Shown: positions 1 to 11,093, numbered from the stretch's first letter. The stretch: DNA of 64,000 nucleotides from Thermoproteota archaeon (GCA_030550455.1 JAUQPH010000007.1:5600-69599); one strand, 5' to 3'. Program-made: numbers and translations. Notes: generated by a model not told the origin, from the letters alone.

Positions 1-231
1 TTTAAAGCAGTACTCGAGGAACGAAAAAGCGCGAGGGATACCAATACTATAACTAGACTCATCAATATAATAGAGAATAAGAAATCCTATAAACACAGTG
101 TTATTCCTAGACTCCGCAAGGAAAGTGGGACACTTGTTGCTTACCATGTAATGAGGATTTACGACTACATAACAGACATAGCTGAAGTAGTAACAAATGT
201 TATACTAGATAGTCTCTATTCTAAAACGTAA
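1..231 (+). CDS. PhoU-family phosphate uptake regulator, C-terminal fragment (5' end lies outside the window)
   Basis: Frame 1 is open from base 1 to TAA at 229-231. The tail ...AYHVMRIYDYITDIAEVVTNV resembles the PhoU helical 'R..D...DIAE' motif. It sits directly upstream of the pst operon. Confidence 0.45.
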   Translation, partial: FKAVLEERKSARDTNTITRLINIIENKKSYKHSVIPRLRKESGTLVAYHVMRIYDYITDIAEVVTNVILDSLYSKT

Positions 232-380
232 GGAAGGTCTCCTGAGAGGTCTCTTCACATACATCACTCTTTAAACCTACTTGCTTACAGATTACAATAT
301 ATGTTATAATATATAAAATATCAAGCAACATATACAGTCTTATAAACAATCTATGTTAAATTACCTACGGGAAAGTAAAG

Positions 381-1574
381 ATGGAACATAGCTTAAGAAG
401 TAGAGTAACGAAAACTCGAAGGCTAGTGTTGATCGTGGGTATAGTGCTAGTACTTAGCACAGTCGGTAGCTTGATTGTTCAGAAACAAATAAGTCAAACC
501 GAGACAGCGACGGTTAACCCTCAACCTGAGAGTAAAACTACGTCGCGACTAGTGTATATCACGGGTGGTGGAGCATCCTTCATAAATCCACAAATGCAGG
601 CATGGATTAGAGTATTCATGGAGAAAACCGGGGGAACTATTTCAATTAATTATCAGTCAATCGGAAGTGGTGCTGGAGAAGCTAAATGGCTGGAGGGCGC
701 ACTAGACTTTGGTGCTAGCGACATTGCTATATCAAAAACTGGTTACGAGAAATTAAAGGAGAGCGGAAAGAGGTTTATTCAAGTACCAATAATAGCTGGA
801 AGCGTAGCTCTGGTCTACAATTTGCCTCGCTTTAGTGAGGCTGGATGTACCCTAAGGCTCACTGGTGAAACAGTAGCTGACATATACTTGGGTAAGATAA
901 TCAGGTGGTCCGACCCAAGGATTGTTGAGCTTCAGGAGGGTAGGTGCCGCAACTTCCTTCCAGATGCTGAAATATTCGGTATACATAGGAGTGACGGTAG
1001 TGGTACAACAGCTCTCTTCACGATGTATCTCTCCTTGGTATCGCGAGAGTGGGCTGAAAGAGTAGGCTACGGGTACACAGTTACCTGGCCGAGAGATGCC
1101 CTAGGTTTAGGTGAGGGAGCTAGAGGAAACGAGGGAGTTTCAGCTAAAGTTCAGGCCACACCTAACTCTATTGGATACGTCGAACTAGCTTACGCTGTAC
1201 AGTTAAAGCTTCCGGTAGCGATGCTAAGAAACAGGGATGGCTACTTCGTATATCCTAACGCAACTACGGTAATGGAGGCTTTAAGGGCTGCGGCTAAGGA
1301 ACTACCGGGTCCTCAGGAGTTCTGGGGAGATCTCCCACTCAAGCATTATATGAATAGAGAAGGTCGATTATCCTATCCGATCGTTGGAACTCCAGCGGTC
1401 TTTATGTACATAGACTTACCGAAAGACCTAGCGGACGCTCTCTACGAGTTCTTTAAGTGGGTTCTAACAGAAGGGCAAAAGCCGGAAAATATTGTCGAAG
1501 GCTTCATACCGCTACCGGAAGAAATGAGAATTAAGGCACTACAATACCTTGAGCTACTAAAACCTCGGGGCTAA
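381..1574 (+). CDS. pstS: Phosphate ABC transporter substrate-binding protein PstS
   Basis: 397 aa with an N-terminal membrane anchor. PstS-like motifs GGGASFINP, HRSDGSGTT and IGYVELAY. First gene in pstS-C-A-B-phoU order. Confidence 0.85.
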   Translation: MEHSLRSRVTKTRRLVLIVGIVLVLSTVGSLIVQKQISQTETATVNPQPESKTTSRLVYITGGGASFINPQMQAWIRVFMEKTGGTISINYQSIGSGAGEAKWLEGALDFGASDIAISKTGYEKLKESGKRFIQVPIIAGSVALVYNLPRFSEAGCTLRLTGETVADIYLGKIIRWSDPRIVELQEGRCRNFLPDAEIFGIHRSDGSGTTALFTMYLSLVSREWAERVGYGYTVTWPRDALGLGEGARGNEGVSAKVQATPNSIGYVELAYAVQLKLPVAMLRNRDGYFVYPNATTVMEALRAAAKELPGPQEFWGDLPLKHYMNREGRLSYPIVGTPAVFMYIDLPKDLADALYEFFKWVLTEGQKPENIVEGFIPLPEEMRIKALQYLELLKPRG

Positions 1575-1588
1575 CAGGGTGAACTTAC

Positions 1589-2485
1589 ATGAGAATAAGG
1601 CGTTTTTTAGACGTATTTACTATAGTTTCATTAGCTAACTCTATTCTAATACTCTCCGTAGTCCTTGTTTCTCTAGTTTTAGTTGTAGAAAGTCTTCCAA
1701 TTATTGCTCGAGACGGCTTGTTGCCTCTAGTGACGAGTATTTGGAACCCTGTTAAGGAGGAGTATGGGTTTCTATTTGCCCTCGGTGGGTCCCTAGTAAC
1801 AGCTTCTCTAGCCTTAGTTTTCTCACTTGCTTTATCGATAGGGTCTGCCGTAATGTATGCAGAGTTCTTGCCTAGGAGGTTTAGGGTAATAGTGAAGAAC
1901 TTAATGGACTTAGCAGCATCGATACCTAGTGTAGTTTATGGGTTATGGGGATTGAAGGTTCTATCTCCAGTTTTAAGGACGTACATTATGGAGCCGTTGT
2001 CAGAGCTAGGCTTATCGCAATTTGTAGGTAGACCCACTCCTGCTGGGACATCTATCTTTACGGCCTCGATACTTCTAGCTATAATGGTTACTCCACTGGC
2101 TTCAGCTATTATTAGAGAGAGACTTTTAGCGATACCATCCCATATAAGAGAAGCGCTGTACTCACTCGGTCTTACGAAAGTGGAAGTAATAACTCTGGAG
2201 CTTAAGTACATTAAGAGGTCTATTCTCACAGCTACTGCTGTTTCCTACGGTCGAGCTGTTGGAGAAACTGCGGCTGTAGCTATGGTCGTGGGAAACGTTA
2301 TTAACCTAGAGTTCTTCAAAGTATTTAAACCTGGCTATACTATATCGAGTCTGATAGCTGACCAGTACCCTAACGCTGAGGCGTACTACTTCATGAAGCA
2401 CGCGCTCTTCTACTCAGCACTAGTGATGTTCTTTGTGAGTCTCGCTATCAATATAGTGTTACTAAAGTTTGGTGAGAGAGTATGA
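1589..2485 (+). CDS. pstC: Phosphate ABC transporter permease PstC
   Basis: 298 aa polytopic protein with the permease loop REALYSLGLTKVEVI. Follows pstS. Confidence 0.85.
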   Translation: MRIRRFLDVFTIVSLANSILILSVVLVSLVLVVESLPIIARDGLLPLVTSIWNPVKEEYGFLFALGGSLVTASLALVFSLALSIGSAVMYAEFLPRRFRVIVKNLMDLAASIPSVVYGLWGLKVLSPVLRTYIMEPLSELGLSQFVGRPTPAGTSIFTASILLAIMVTPLASAIIRERLLAIPSHIREALYSLGLTKVEVITLELKYIKRSILTATAVSYGRAVGETAAVAMVVGNVINLEFFKVFKPGYTISSLIADQYPNAEAYYFMKHALFYSALVMFFVSLAINIVLLKFGERV

Positions 2486-3372
2486 AGCCGTTGATGTTAA
2501 GGAAGATCAGGTCTCTGACTATGCTTGCGTTGATATCTACCGCATTCGCCTTAACCCTCCTACCCGTGTTAAGCCTGATTGGAACAGTTGTCTACAACGG
2601 AATGAGTGTGGTCTTTAGGAACTTTCCAGGTATATTCTTCGACATACCGGCGGCTCCTGGTTCATCTGAAGTTGGTGGGATTGGACCGCACTTACTGGGG
2701 ACGATGCTACTGGTTGCCTTAGCGATGGCTATTGGAACACCCATCTCTATCCTAGCTGCTGTATTTACGGCAGAAGCCATTAAAAGTTGGGAGAGAAACC
2801 TAGGTAGGCTGACTAGGCTGCTAACTCACATGATGATCGAGTTTCCGACTATTGTAGTAGGTCTCGCAGTCTATGGGTTAATGACTACTCTAGCACCGTA
2901 CATAAGAGCTTTAATACCCGGCTTCAGACCCTTTAGTCTGCTCTCTGGAGTTATTGCTTTAATTATGGTGTCAGCTCCTTACATGTACGCACAAGTCGAG
3001 GACGGACTTAAATCGATTCCACAGCACATAAGGGAAGCCGTGTACTCCTTAGGAGCGGGGAGAGTTCTTACTTCTTATGTGCTCCTAAGGTACTTGAAGT
3101 CCACGGTTTATGCGGCAATCTCAATAAGTTTAGCGAGAATGATCAGTGAGACGGCAGCACTATTCTTCACAGCGTTTGGGTCTAACGTATATCCCCCTCT
3201 AGACAGCAACCTTCTGTTTAGGCCCGTAGGGAGCCTTACCCTGGCAGTATACACTCTTGGTTTATCAGGATACGAAAACTGGGTTGAGCTAAGTTGGGCG
3301 GCATCGTTCATTCTCTTAATGCTCTGTTTAGCTCTCTTTGCTTTATCGAAAGTCGTGATAAGGGGTGAATAA
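2482..3372 (+). CDS. pstA: Phosphate ABC transporter permease PstA
   Basis: 296 aa polytopic protein with the loop REAVYSLGAGRV. Overlaps pstC by 4 nt. Confidence 0.85.
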   Translation: MKPLMLRKIRSLTMLALISTAFALTLLPVLSLIGTVVYNGMSVVFRNFPGIFFDIPAAPGSSEVGGIGPHLLGTMLLVALAMAIGTPISILAAVFTAEAIKSWERNLGRLTRLLTHMMIEFPTIVVGLAVYGLMTTLAPYIRALIPGFRPFSLLSGVIALIMVSAPYMYAQVEDGLKSIPQHIREAVYSLGAGRVLTSYVLLRYLKSTVYAAISISLARMISETAALFFTAFGSNVYPPLDSNLLFRPVGSLTLAVYTLGLSGYENWVELSWAASFILLMLCLALFALSKVVIRGE

Positions 3373-4135
3373 AGTGGACTCCGTAGTCCAGATAAGAGAC
3401 CTCTGGGTGAGCATCGGCGGTAGGAGCATATTGAGGGGAGTAAACCTTGAGATACCTAGAAATGTCGTGTTTGCGATAATGGGTCCATCAGGAAGCGGTA
3501 AGTCAACTCTGCTAAGGTCACTCAATAGGATTCTAGACCTCTATGAGGGAGTATCGGTCAAAGGACAAATACTTATTGATGGAGTAGATGTCTACAACTC
3601 TAAGACAGATCCATCAGAAGTTAGGCGCCTAGTGGGTATGGTATTCCAGATCCCCAATCCGATACCTAACATGAGTATATACGATAACGTAGCGCTAGGA
3701 CCAAGAATAAACAAACTAGTCAGGTCTCGATGGGAGCTAGACAACTTAGTTAGATGGGCTCTAGAGAAAGCCTACTTGTGGGATGAAGTGAAGGACAGAC
3801 TCCACCTACCTGCTTCTAAGCTATCGGGTGGTCAACAGCAAAGATTGTGTATAGCTAGAGCACTTGCGATGAAGCCGAAAGTCCTCCTCATGGACGAACC
3901 GACCTCCAACCTAGATCCTGTGGCTTCAGCTAAAATAGAAGAGCTTATAGTGGAGCTCAAGCGAGATGTCACTGTAGTTCTAGTAACACATAACTCTTTT
4001 CAAGCATCTAGGGTGTCGGATTATGTTGCCTTCATGTACGACGGACAGATTCTAGAGGTGGGTCCGACTGGGCAAATATTTACTAGGCCTAAGAACAAGC
4101 TCACCGAGAAGTACATAACGGGAAGGTTTGGGTGA
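3365..4135 (+). CDS. pstB: Phosphate ABC transporter ATP-binding protein PstB
   Basis: Walker A GPSGSGKST, signature LSGGQQQRLCIARAL, Walker B LLMDEPTSNLD. Confidence 0.9.
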   Translation: MNKVDSVVQIRDLWVSIGGRSILRGVNLEIPRNVVFAIMGPSGSGKSTLLRSLNRILDLYEGVSVKGQILIDGVDVYNSKTDPSEVRRLVGMVFQIPNPIPNMSIYDNVALGPRINKLVRSRWELDNLVRWALEKAYLWDEVKDRLHLPASKLSGGQQQRLCIARALAMKPKVLLMDEPTSNLDPVASAKIEELIVELKRDVTVVLVTHNSFQASRVSDYVAFMYDGQILEVGPTGQIFTRPKNKLTEKYITGRFG

Positions 4136-4745
4136 TATCATGAGACCTATCGATATAGCTATGGAGAGCATAAAGAAAAAGTTAAGCGAGTTATCTGACA
4201 TAGTAGCAGAGATCTCGATAAACTTAGTTAACAAGAACTGGGAACCTGATTACTATAGATTTAAGGCTGAAGAGGCTCTAAAACTGAGAGACGAAATCAG
4301 GAAGATGACTACTGAGGTAATCGCTCGTTTTCAGCCAACAGCATCAGACCTTAGTAATCTTATGCTTTTCTATGAGACCTCCTACGGTCTATATAGGTTC
4401 TCTAGGTATGCGCTAGATGTAGCGAGATCCATATCTATAGTAAGCCCGCAGGGATGTAGCTTGGAGAACTCGTGGAGGGCTATACAGTCGGCAATAACTT
4501 TAGTTAAACTGTCAATAAGAATACTCTCAGCTTATCCAACAATCGAGTCAACTTCCTTAGCTGATGCACTCAGCTATGCTGAAAGTCTAGAAAAGGATGT
4601 TGACGACACTTTATCGACATCCCTTAAGAAGGCTTCTACTGTAGCTGACCCTTGTCTTACTTCAGACCTACTATCGGTAGTGTTTCTGGAGAGAATAGCT
4701 GACCACAGCATCTACATAATACGTAGCATACTCTCTAATTACTAG
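4128..4745 (+). CDS. phoU: PhoU-like phosphate transport regulator
   Basis: 205 aa helical protein immediately after pstB. C-terminal FLERIADHSIYI matches the PhoU 'ERIGDH' type motif. The start could instead be the ATG at 4140. Confidence 0.7.
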   Translation: MGDIMRPIDIAMESIKKKLSELSDIVAEISINLVNKNWEPDYYRFKAEEALKLRDEIRKMTTEVIARFQPTASDLSNLMLFYETSYGLYRFSRYALDVARSISIVSPQGCSLENSWRAIQSAITLVKLSIRILSAYPTIESTSLADALSYAESLEKDVDDTLSTSLKKASTVADPCLTSDLLSVVFLERIADHSIYIIRSILSNY

Positions 4746-4754
4746 TTTTATCCA

Positions 4755-5090
4755 TTACTCGTATTCTCTCCAGACATACCCACACTTAGTGCACTTGTAA
4801 ATCCTAGTTGGAGGTTCATCAGCTCTCCTAGTCTGAAGGACTTCATAGTATGCCTCTTCGTTACCGCACTTAGGGCACTTAACTCCTCTTGCGATAGGCA
4901 GACCTACCTTCTTAGAAGTCTCGTCAACTACGACTATTCTCTCCTTTTCCTTTCTTCTAGACACTACCTGAGAGTGCTTGTAGCTAGTCTTAGCTTGAAG
5001 AGTGTATCCGCACTTCGGACACACTAGTACGGTACTTCCACCCTCCTTTCTAGGGAGCATGAGAGACCCGCACTTTGGGCAAAACTCCAC
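4755..5090 (-). CDS. tfs: Transcription factor S (TFS / RpoM-like)
   Basis: 111 aa with two zinc ribbons (CPKCG..CPKCG and CPKCGN..CTKCG) and the TFIIS-type loop QTRRADEPPT. Confidence 0.85.
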   Translation of the reverse strand: MEFCPKCGSLMLPRKEGGSTVLVCPKCGYTLQAKTSYKHSQVVSRRKEKERIVVVDETSKKVGLPIARGVKCPKCGNEEAYYEVLQTRRADEPPTRIYKCTKCGYVWREYE

Positions 5091-5100
5091 TCCAACTCAC

Positions 5101-5430
5101 CTATCCTATAAGTGAGGTTAGCTCACTAGATAAGCGTTCTAAGAACTCACTGTAATTTATGATCACATCCCTAAGTTGCTCCGGAAACTTAGATAAGCTA
5201 CTCAAATCTAGTTGGTCTACCTCTAAAGCTACTGCTGAGAACTGCTTTAATAAACCTGCCACTTCATCTTCGTAGCTTAGTACGTATACTTTTTCAAGTC
5301 CCTTTACACCCCTCAGTATTAAGACTAAAGTTAAACCTTTAGAGTGCAACTTCTTTATCAAAGCTATCCTAGTCTCCTTTTTACTCTTAGTAAAACCTGC
5401 GCAATTCTGGTTAACAGGCAGGTTTCCCAA
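5101..5430 (-). CDS. Hypothetical protein
   Basis: 109-aa ORF between tfs and rpoL on the same strand. No motif recognised. Confidence 0.4.
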   Translation of the reverse strand: MGNLPVNQNCAGFTKSKKETRIALIKKLHSKGLTLVLILRGVKGLEKVYVLSYEDEVAGLLKQFSAVALEVDQLDLSSLSKFPEQLRDVIINYSEFLERLSSELTSLIG

Positions 5431-5498
5431 ATTGACACCTCACTACTGAGCAACTGGTTTAAACGGTTTTACGTAATGTAGTGCTTTAGCTACTTTCC

Positions 5499-5792
5499 TT
5501 AAGATACAGCACTCAGCACTTCCTTAAACTTCTTCATTACTTCATCACTTAGGTTTATCAAGTTTATGACTACTTCTTTTAGCACTTCAGGAGCCGGCTT
5601 GCTGCCATCAGTTATTATCCTCAAGACGAAAGCTTCCTCTAGGGGGTGTTCTATGCTGTACGCCGCTAGTTTTACGTTTGGATGCTTGAGAGCTGACTTC
5701 GCTAAGAGGTTTCCGAGAGTGTGAGACTCTCCAAAAACCTTAATTATGATCTCTCTTTCGTCAGCTTTCCTTACTTCTAGCCTCACTCTCAC
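5499..5792 (-). CDS. rpoL: DNA-directed RNA polymerase subunit L (Rpo11)
   Basis: 97 aa with the motif FGESHTLGNLLA...HPL typical of RpoL/Rpb11. Confidence 0.8.
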   Translation of the reverse strand: MRVRLEVRKADEREIIIKVFGESHTLGNLLAKSALKHPNVKLAAYSIEHPLEEAFVLRIITDGSKPAPEVLKEVVINLINLSDEVMKKFKEVLSAVS

Positions 5793-6405
5793 TTACACCT
5801 GAGTTTATGGTGTATAATTTAGCTAATAAGCTGCTCCACTCAGTATTCAGCTTAAGCTTGTGGTTTTCCTCCACGAGCCCCACTTGGATTAAATGCTGAA
5901 GTAAACTCCTAGTGTCATATCCTAGTACGGATAAAGCCACTAATAAGGCTTTTAAGTTTCGGCTGGCTCTAGGGAATTCTTTAGAAACTTCCTCTAGCTT
6001 CATAGACACTTCACGAGCTAAGTCTAAAACGAGTGTAGCTGATGCGTTAGTAACGAGTACGTCTCCTCGTAGCTCAGCTGAGTAGCCCTGATTTTTCAGT
6101 AGAAACACCACGACATCGGGGATCGTAGGCTTACCCACTAGTGCGGAAAGAGTTCTTACGTTAAGCCCACTTGATCTTCCAGATTCAAATTCCTTAATTC
6201 TTCTCCACTCTTCGTAGGCCTTCATCAAGGCTTTCTTACTCGATAATACCTCGTTGGGAGAACCGAAGATGTTTATCTCGAGAATTCCATTTCGCACTTC
6301 GTAGATTATTTGAGTCGAGCGAACCCCCCTAGACTTTGATACGAATTCCGCTAATTCACTGCACGCAACCGAGCTACCACACTTAAGCCTCAATCTCACT
6401 TCCAC
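5761..6405 (-). CDS. Hypothetical protein upstream of rpoL
   Basis: 214-aa ORF overlapping the rpoL start by 32 nt. No catalytic motif recognised. Confidence 0.45.
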   Translation of the reverse strand: MEVRLRLKCGSSVACSELAEFVSKSRGVRSTQIIYEVRNGILEINIFGSPNEVLSSKKALMKAYEEWRRIKEFESGRSSGLNVRTLSALVGKPTIPDVVVFLLKNQGYSAELRGDVLVTNASATLVLDLAREVSMKLEEVSKEFPRASRNLKALLVALSVLGYDTRSLLQHLIQVGLVEENHKLKLNTEWSSLLAKLYTINSGVSESEARSKES

Positions 6406-6703
6406 GTACTATTCACCTGCTATACCTGTAACGCTTATACACCCCTAAGATAACAAGATCGAGTTCACTAAAATCGTACCACTACTTAACAATAACTTCT
6501 CCATCTATAGACACATTTCTAAACTTAAGTAAACGAAAAACAAAGACATCGGCATACTCATAGCTTTGCTTTGAAATACTTAAAACACCGAGGATGCGGC
6601 TTTCTCTAGCTATATAGAAGCTATTATAAAAAATAAGATAGAATATAAAAAAGATTTAAGTTACCTACAGCTTTGCTCTCAAGTTGAGCTCTTTTTAAAG
6701 GCT

Positions 6704-8032
6704 CTATATTACGGGTTTAGTCAAGTTTATGTTTTCCGCTAGTATGTAGGGAGATCTTGTAGGTGTTCTAACTTCCCACCATGTTATGTCATAAGTGTCT
6801 CTGCTAATCAACTTAATTGACTTAAGTAAGGTTTCGAACTTGTCGGCTATCCTTATTCTATCTACGTATCCCACGATACTGCCATTTCTAATCTCTAAGA
6901 CTAAGTCTCGTGCTACTGTCGAGAACTGACCCTCAACGTAGTTTTGCAGTCTAGTATACCAGTTATTTAGTATTATGTAGCCTTTTCTTACTTCGGATAT
7001 CATACTGTCGAGCGAGCTGTCTCCTGGTTCTATCACTAAGTTCCAAGGTCTAGGATTGACCCAGCCAGCGTTACCCGTGCTTGCGGTTCTAAATACTTTT
7101 CCGGTGGCTGTGTTGTGTAGGATCGAACTAAGCACCCCTCTATTGATTATTGGTTTATTGTAGGTTTCCACACCTTCATCATCAAATGGGGCGAGACCTG
7201 GTAGCGTAGTGTCTCGTGGGGCATCTAGTAGTGTAAACTTCTCTGAAGCGATTGCCTCACCCACATTCTTTTTAGCAAGGAACGACATCCCCATGAGTAT
7301 CGCCATACCTGAAGCCATAGAAGCTACGTAGTTGATCAAGTTTCCTACTACGAGCGGGGATAGCACTATATCGTACCTACCGGGCGTGAAATCGGCTTTT
7401 GATTTAGCGAGCCCTAAGAATTCGGCAGACCTCGAGCCGACATTCTCTAAGGAGTTAGTATTGAGATGCGTTGACCCCCAAGCCCAATGACCGCTGATGT
7501 CCCCTCTAATAGACCTTAGGTAAGCCATAATCCCTGTTTTACGGTAACTATCCTGAAAGCCCTTGCTTGTAGCAACAACAACTTCTACTTCCTCAAGCTC
7601 TAGAGTTCCAGCAGTTCTTTCGGCACCTGAGCTAAGAGCGGAGGTTACCATGGCTTCAGCTAGGTGTTTGGGGTTAGCTAAGTGCTCAACTACTCTTTTA
7701 TCGTATCCTCCCTCAAGTGGCGAAGGTTTCTTAGGCTCTGGGAGGTCAGCATAAAGCTCTGACTCCTCAACTTTAGTCACATAGTCCTCTACTCTTCTAA
7801 CAGCGCTCAGTACTTCTTCTGGAGACTCCACTCTGAATTCTAAAATAGCGACTCTCTTCTGCTTTCCTAAGAGTAACTGTATGTTTATGTCTTTCCACAT
7901 TTGTAGAACTCCGGGCTGGTTGTTCCATATTTTTAGCATGGTCGTGTCTCTGCTGACTACCTTAACTATAGCGTCATCGAACTTCTTCTTCAGCTCTTTG
8001 AGGAGGGCTTCAGCTATATCGTGTGCTCTCAT
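6704..8032 (-). CDS. pmbA: PmbA/TldE-family metalloprotease partner
   Basis: 442 aa with TldD/PmbA-family length and architecture. Overlaps the upstream tldD by 4 nt. Confidence 0.75.
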   Translation of the reverse strand: MRAHDIAEALLKELKKKFDDAIVKVVSRDTTMLKIWNNQPGVLQMWKDINIQLLLGKQKRVAILEFRVESPEEVLSAVRRVEDYVTKVEESELYADLPEPKKPSPLEGGYDKRVVEHLANPKHLAEAMVTSALSSGAERTAGTLELEEVEVVVATSKGFQDSYRKTGIMAYLRSIRGDISGHWAWGSTHLNTNSLENVGSRSAEFLGLAKSKADFTPGRYDIVLSPLVVGNLINYVASMASGMAILMGMSFLAKKNVGEAIASEKFTLLDAPRDTTLPGLAPFDDEGVETYNKPIINRGVLSSILHNTATGKVFRTASTGNAGWVNPRPWNLVIEPGDSSLDSMISEVRKGYIILNNWYTRLQNYVEGQFSTVARDLVLEIRNGSIVGYVDRIRIADKFETLLKSIKLISRDTYDITWWEVRTPTRSPYILAENINLTKPVI

Positions 8033-9468
8033 AGGGCAACACCTAACTTAACTTTCGAGAGTCTAACATCGGGTCCCCCATACCACACCGGGACGCCCTG
8101 CGAAGGTTCTCCTTTTCCACATGTACCAGGATAGAACACTAACTGCTTTCCTGCTCCAGAGATCTTACTGTAGAAGCTTTTTGTGGTAACCTCTAGAACC
8201 GGGTTGCGGACAGGGTTCGTGATCTCACCGTCAACAATTAGGTAGGATTCCAAACCCACGTATCTTTGGTTCCATCTTATATCATCTATGTTCCACTCCA
8301 TATACGACTTCATGTAAACACCTAGTTTTATATCTTCAATAAGCTCTTCAAAGCTCATATCTCCAGGTTTTAAATACGTGTTGCTCATCCTAATTATTGG
8401 CTCGCTTGCGTAGTTCATAGCTCTTGCGGCACCATTACTCAGCGTACCAAATAATTTAGCTGTATGTCTATTGTGGAGAGGCTCGTAGAGCAAGCCTTCT
8501 TTGTAAAGATACCTAGGTCTTGCTGTGACTCCCTCATCGTCATAGAGGTAAAAGCCGTTGCTTCCCGGTATTGTCGGGTCCTCAATAACTGTAGCGAATT
8601 CGTTGCCAACTACGTACTTTCCGATCATCTCCGGCTTCACGTAAGACTCTCCAGCTTGAGCAGCTTCTCTTCCAAGTATTCTGTCTGCTTCCATGGGGTG
8701 ACCGGCGGACTCGTGGACGACGAGGCCAACTATTTCTGACCCGACTACCACGTCTACTTCTTCTTTTGGGGGTTCGATACCTTTAGTGAGAACTTTCTCG
8801 AGATTTGTAGCTTCTTGAGTTACTTCGTCTACAACTCTCCACTCTTTTAACCATTCAGAGCCTCCCGATGCTCCGAAGTCTATGTGTCTCTGGATAGTTC
8901 CTTTCTCGGGAACGTGTTCAACGAAATTTACCCATACATATATTCTGGGAACTATGGACCTAACGTAAGCACCATCACTATTAACTATTAACTTCTTTTG
9001 TGTGTGAGTCCTTATACTAAAGGTGAGTACGGAGAGGCGTGCTTCCTTTATAGCTCTACTAACGGCTTTATAAGTTTCTCTACCTAACTCAACCCTCTCT
9101 TCAACCCCTAGGTTTTCAAAGCTAACCTTAGGTATAACCTCAAAGCTTGCTCTACCAACCCTAGATTCATCGAACTCTATCGGCGTCTTCATTAGTGGGG
9201 AGACGGATCTTGCTCTACTTATAGCTTCTCTGACTGTAGTCTCCACGGAGTCTCTATCGAGCCTGTCGGTTGCCGCAAATCCTAGAGCTCCACCCACGAG
9301 AACCCTAATGCCAATCCCCCTAGCGATTGACGTAGTAAGAGAAAGCACTTTACCATTTCTCATCATTAGGTAGTCGGAGACGTCTTCTTGAAATCTTACT
9401 TCAGCATATGTAGCACCTTGAGAGAGAGCTAAATCTAGAGCTCTTATGAGGATTTGCTCGTCTATCAC
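8029..9468 (-). CDS. tldD: TldD-family metalloprotease
   Basis: 479 aa with the HESAGHP (HExxxH) metal site within VVHESAGHPMEADR. Confidence 0.85.
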   Translation of the reverse strand: MIDEQILIRALDLALSQGATYAEVRFQEDVSDYLMMRNGKVLSLTTSIARGIGIRVLVGGALGFAATDRLDRDSVETTVREAISRARSVSPLMKTPIEFDESRVGRASFEVIPKVSFENLGVEERVELGRETYKAVSRAIKEARLSVLTFSIRTHTQKKLIVNSDGAYVRSIVPRIYVWVNFVEHVPEKGTIQRHIDFGASGGSEWLKEWRVVDEVTQEATNLEKVLTKGIEPPKEEVDVVVGSEIVGLVVHESAGHPMEADRILGREAAQAGESYVKPEMIGKYVVGNEFATVIEDPTIPGSNGFYLYDDEGVTARPRYLYKEGLLYEPLHNRHTAKLFGTLSNGAARAMNYASEPIIRMSNTYLKPGDMSFEELIEDIKLGVYMKSYMEWNIDDIRWNQRYVGLESYLIVDGEITNPVRNPVLEVTTKSFYSKISGAGKQLVFYPGTCGKGEPSQGVPVWYGGPDVRLSKVKLGVAL

Positions 9469-9815
9469 CTAGATCGGCCTCAGAAATAGTAAAGAAGCTT
9501 AAGGTATATAACCTCACGGCCTTCTTTTAACACACTTCTTTTTCCTTCGGTTAGCTCTCGGCTTTAACTTGAACATGTTAGAACGTCAGCGTAGGACCTG
9601 AACACTGTTTTATCAGTAGGAGTGAGTAGTCTTTGAATGTGAGCTAAAACTGAAACCTGATAGCAATCTCTATAAATAAATAAAATAAAATATAAATAAA
9701 CTAGATAAAACTAGGTGAGGGTCGAGAGAGTTAGCTTTCGTGTTTCCACAACTACGCGAGAAGAGCTGAACTTGAGTTGAAAAAGTAGTTTACTGAATTG
9801 AAGTACAGATAATCG

Positions 9816-11093
9816 CTATATCCAGCCTCTCAGCTTCATTGCCTTATAGACTCTCTCAACAGCTACAACAAACGCTGCGTCTCTCATCGTCACTAGTCCT
9901 TTCTCACTTCTAAGGGATTCGTACTTAGATATCAGCCTCTTAATGTTGTTCTCCATGATAGATTCGATCCTCTTTAGGGTCTCTTCCTCAGACCACCAGT
10001 ACCATTGCAGGTTTTCTACCCACTCTAAATACGACATGACTACGCCTCCAGCATTTGCGGCTATGTCGGGAACTATGACTGCTCCACGTTCGTACAGTAC
10101 TTTTTCAGCTCCGGGTGTAGTCGGCCCATTCGCTCCCTCCGATAAGACCTTTGCTTTAACCTTATTGACGTTGTCTTCTCTAATTACGTTTTCTATAGCT
10201 GATGGCATTAGCACTTCACAGTCTACGTATAGAGATGCGTCTGGGTCAGGTATCTTCTCCCCTTTAGGATAGTTGATCACTTTCCCAGTGCTCTCTTTTA
10301 CCTTAATAGCCAGCTCTACGTCTATACCGTTAGGGTCGTAAACAGTGCCAGACGTATCGCTTACAGCCACTACCTTCGCACCGAACTTCGCTGAGAATAG
10401 CGCTGCGTACTGACCTACGTTTCCAAATCCGTGTACTGATACCCTAAGACCCTCGAACGTCCCTAGGTACTTTTCTGCAGCTACTCTACCAGCTACAGCT
10501 GTTCCAAACCCTGTTGAGTAAAGCCTCACTGGGTTACCCCAGAGGTCTGGAGGTTTAGCAGTAAACACTCCGGGGACGTTGTAGCCCTTGAGCTTACTGT
10601 ACTCATCGACCATCCAAGCCATTATTTGCGGGTTAGTGCCGACGTCTGGGGCGGGTATGTCTACGAGGTCTCCTATGAGTGGTGCTATAGCTCTAGCGTA
10701 ACCTCTTGAAAGCCTCTCAAGCTCCCCTTGGGAGAGCTTCTTTGGGTCTACCTTAACAGCTCCCTTACCACCACCATACGGTAAGCCGTTCAGAGAGTTC
10801 TTCAGGGTCATCCCAAGAGCTAAAGCCATGTCTGTCTCAAGGTCTACTTCGGGGTGAAACCTTATTCCACCTTTATACGGTCCTAGTGCACTGTTGTGCT
10901 GTACCCTATACCCCTCAAATACTACTAGTTTTCCATTATCCATTCTGACTGGTATGCTGACCATCAACACTCTCTCAGGCTTGCTTAATATCTGGTAAAC
11001 TTCTTCTGGAAAACCGGCGAGGTCGACGGATCTCCTGAGAACTTGAAGCATCCACTGGAGGTAACTAACCTTACCGCTACTCATGCGTTTCAC
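9816..11093 (-). CDS. gdhA: Glutamate dehydrogenase
   Basis: 425 aa with the catalytic-lysine motif [10 protein letters not shown] and the dinucleotide fold VHGFGNVG. Confidence 0.9.
   Translation of the reverse strand: MKRMSSGKVSYLQWMLQVLRRSVDLAGFPEEVYQILSKPERVLMVSIPVRMDNGKLVVFEGYRVQHNSALGPYKGGIRFHPEVDLETDMALALGMTLKNSLNGLPYGGGKGAVKVDPKKLSQGELERLSRGYARAIAPLIGDLVDIPAPDVGTNPQIMAWMVDEYSKLKGYNVPGVFTAKPPDLWGNPVRLYSTGFGTAVAGRVAAEKYLGTFEGLRVSVHGFGNVGQYAALFSAKFGAKVVAVSDTSGTVYDPNGIDVELAIKVKESTGKVINYPKGEKIPDPDASLYVDCEVLMPSAIENVIREDNVNKVKAKVLSEGANGPTTPGAEKVLYERGAVIVPDIAANAGGVVMSYLEWVENLQWYWWSEEETLKRIESIMENNIKRLISKYESLRSEKGLVTMRDAAFVVAVERVYKAMKLRGWI

Noticed and set aside
1936-4234. Short antisense ORFs inside pstC, pstA, pstB and phoU (1936-2229, 2592-2780, 3108-3311, 3343-3525, 4052-4234)
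   Set aside because: All overlap strongly supported pst genes on the opposite strand.
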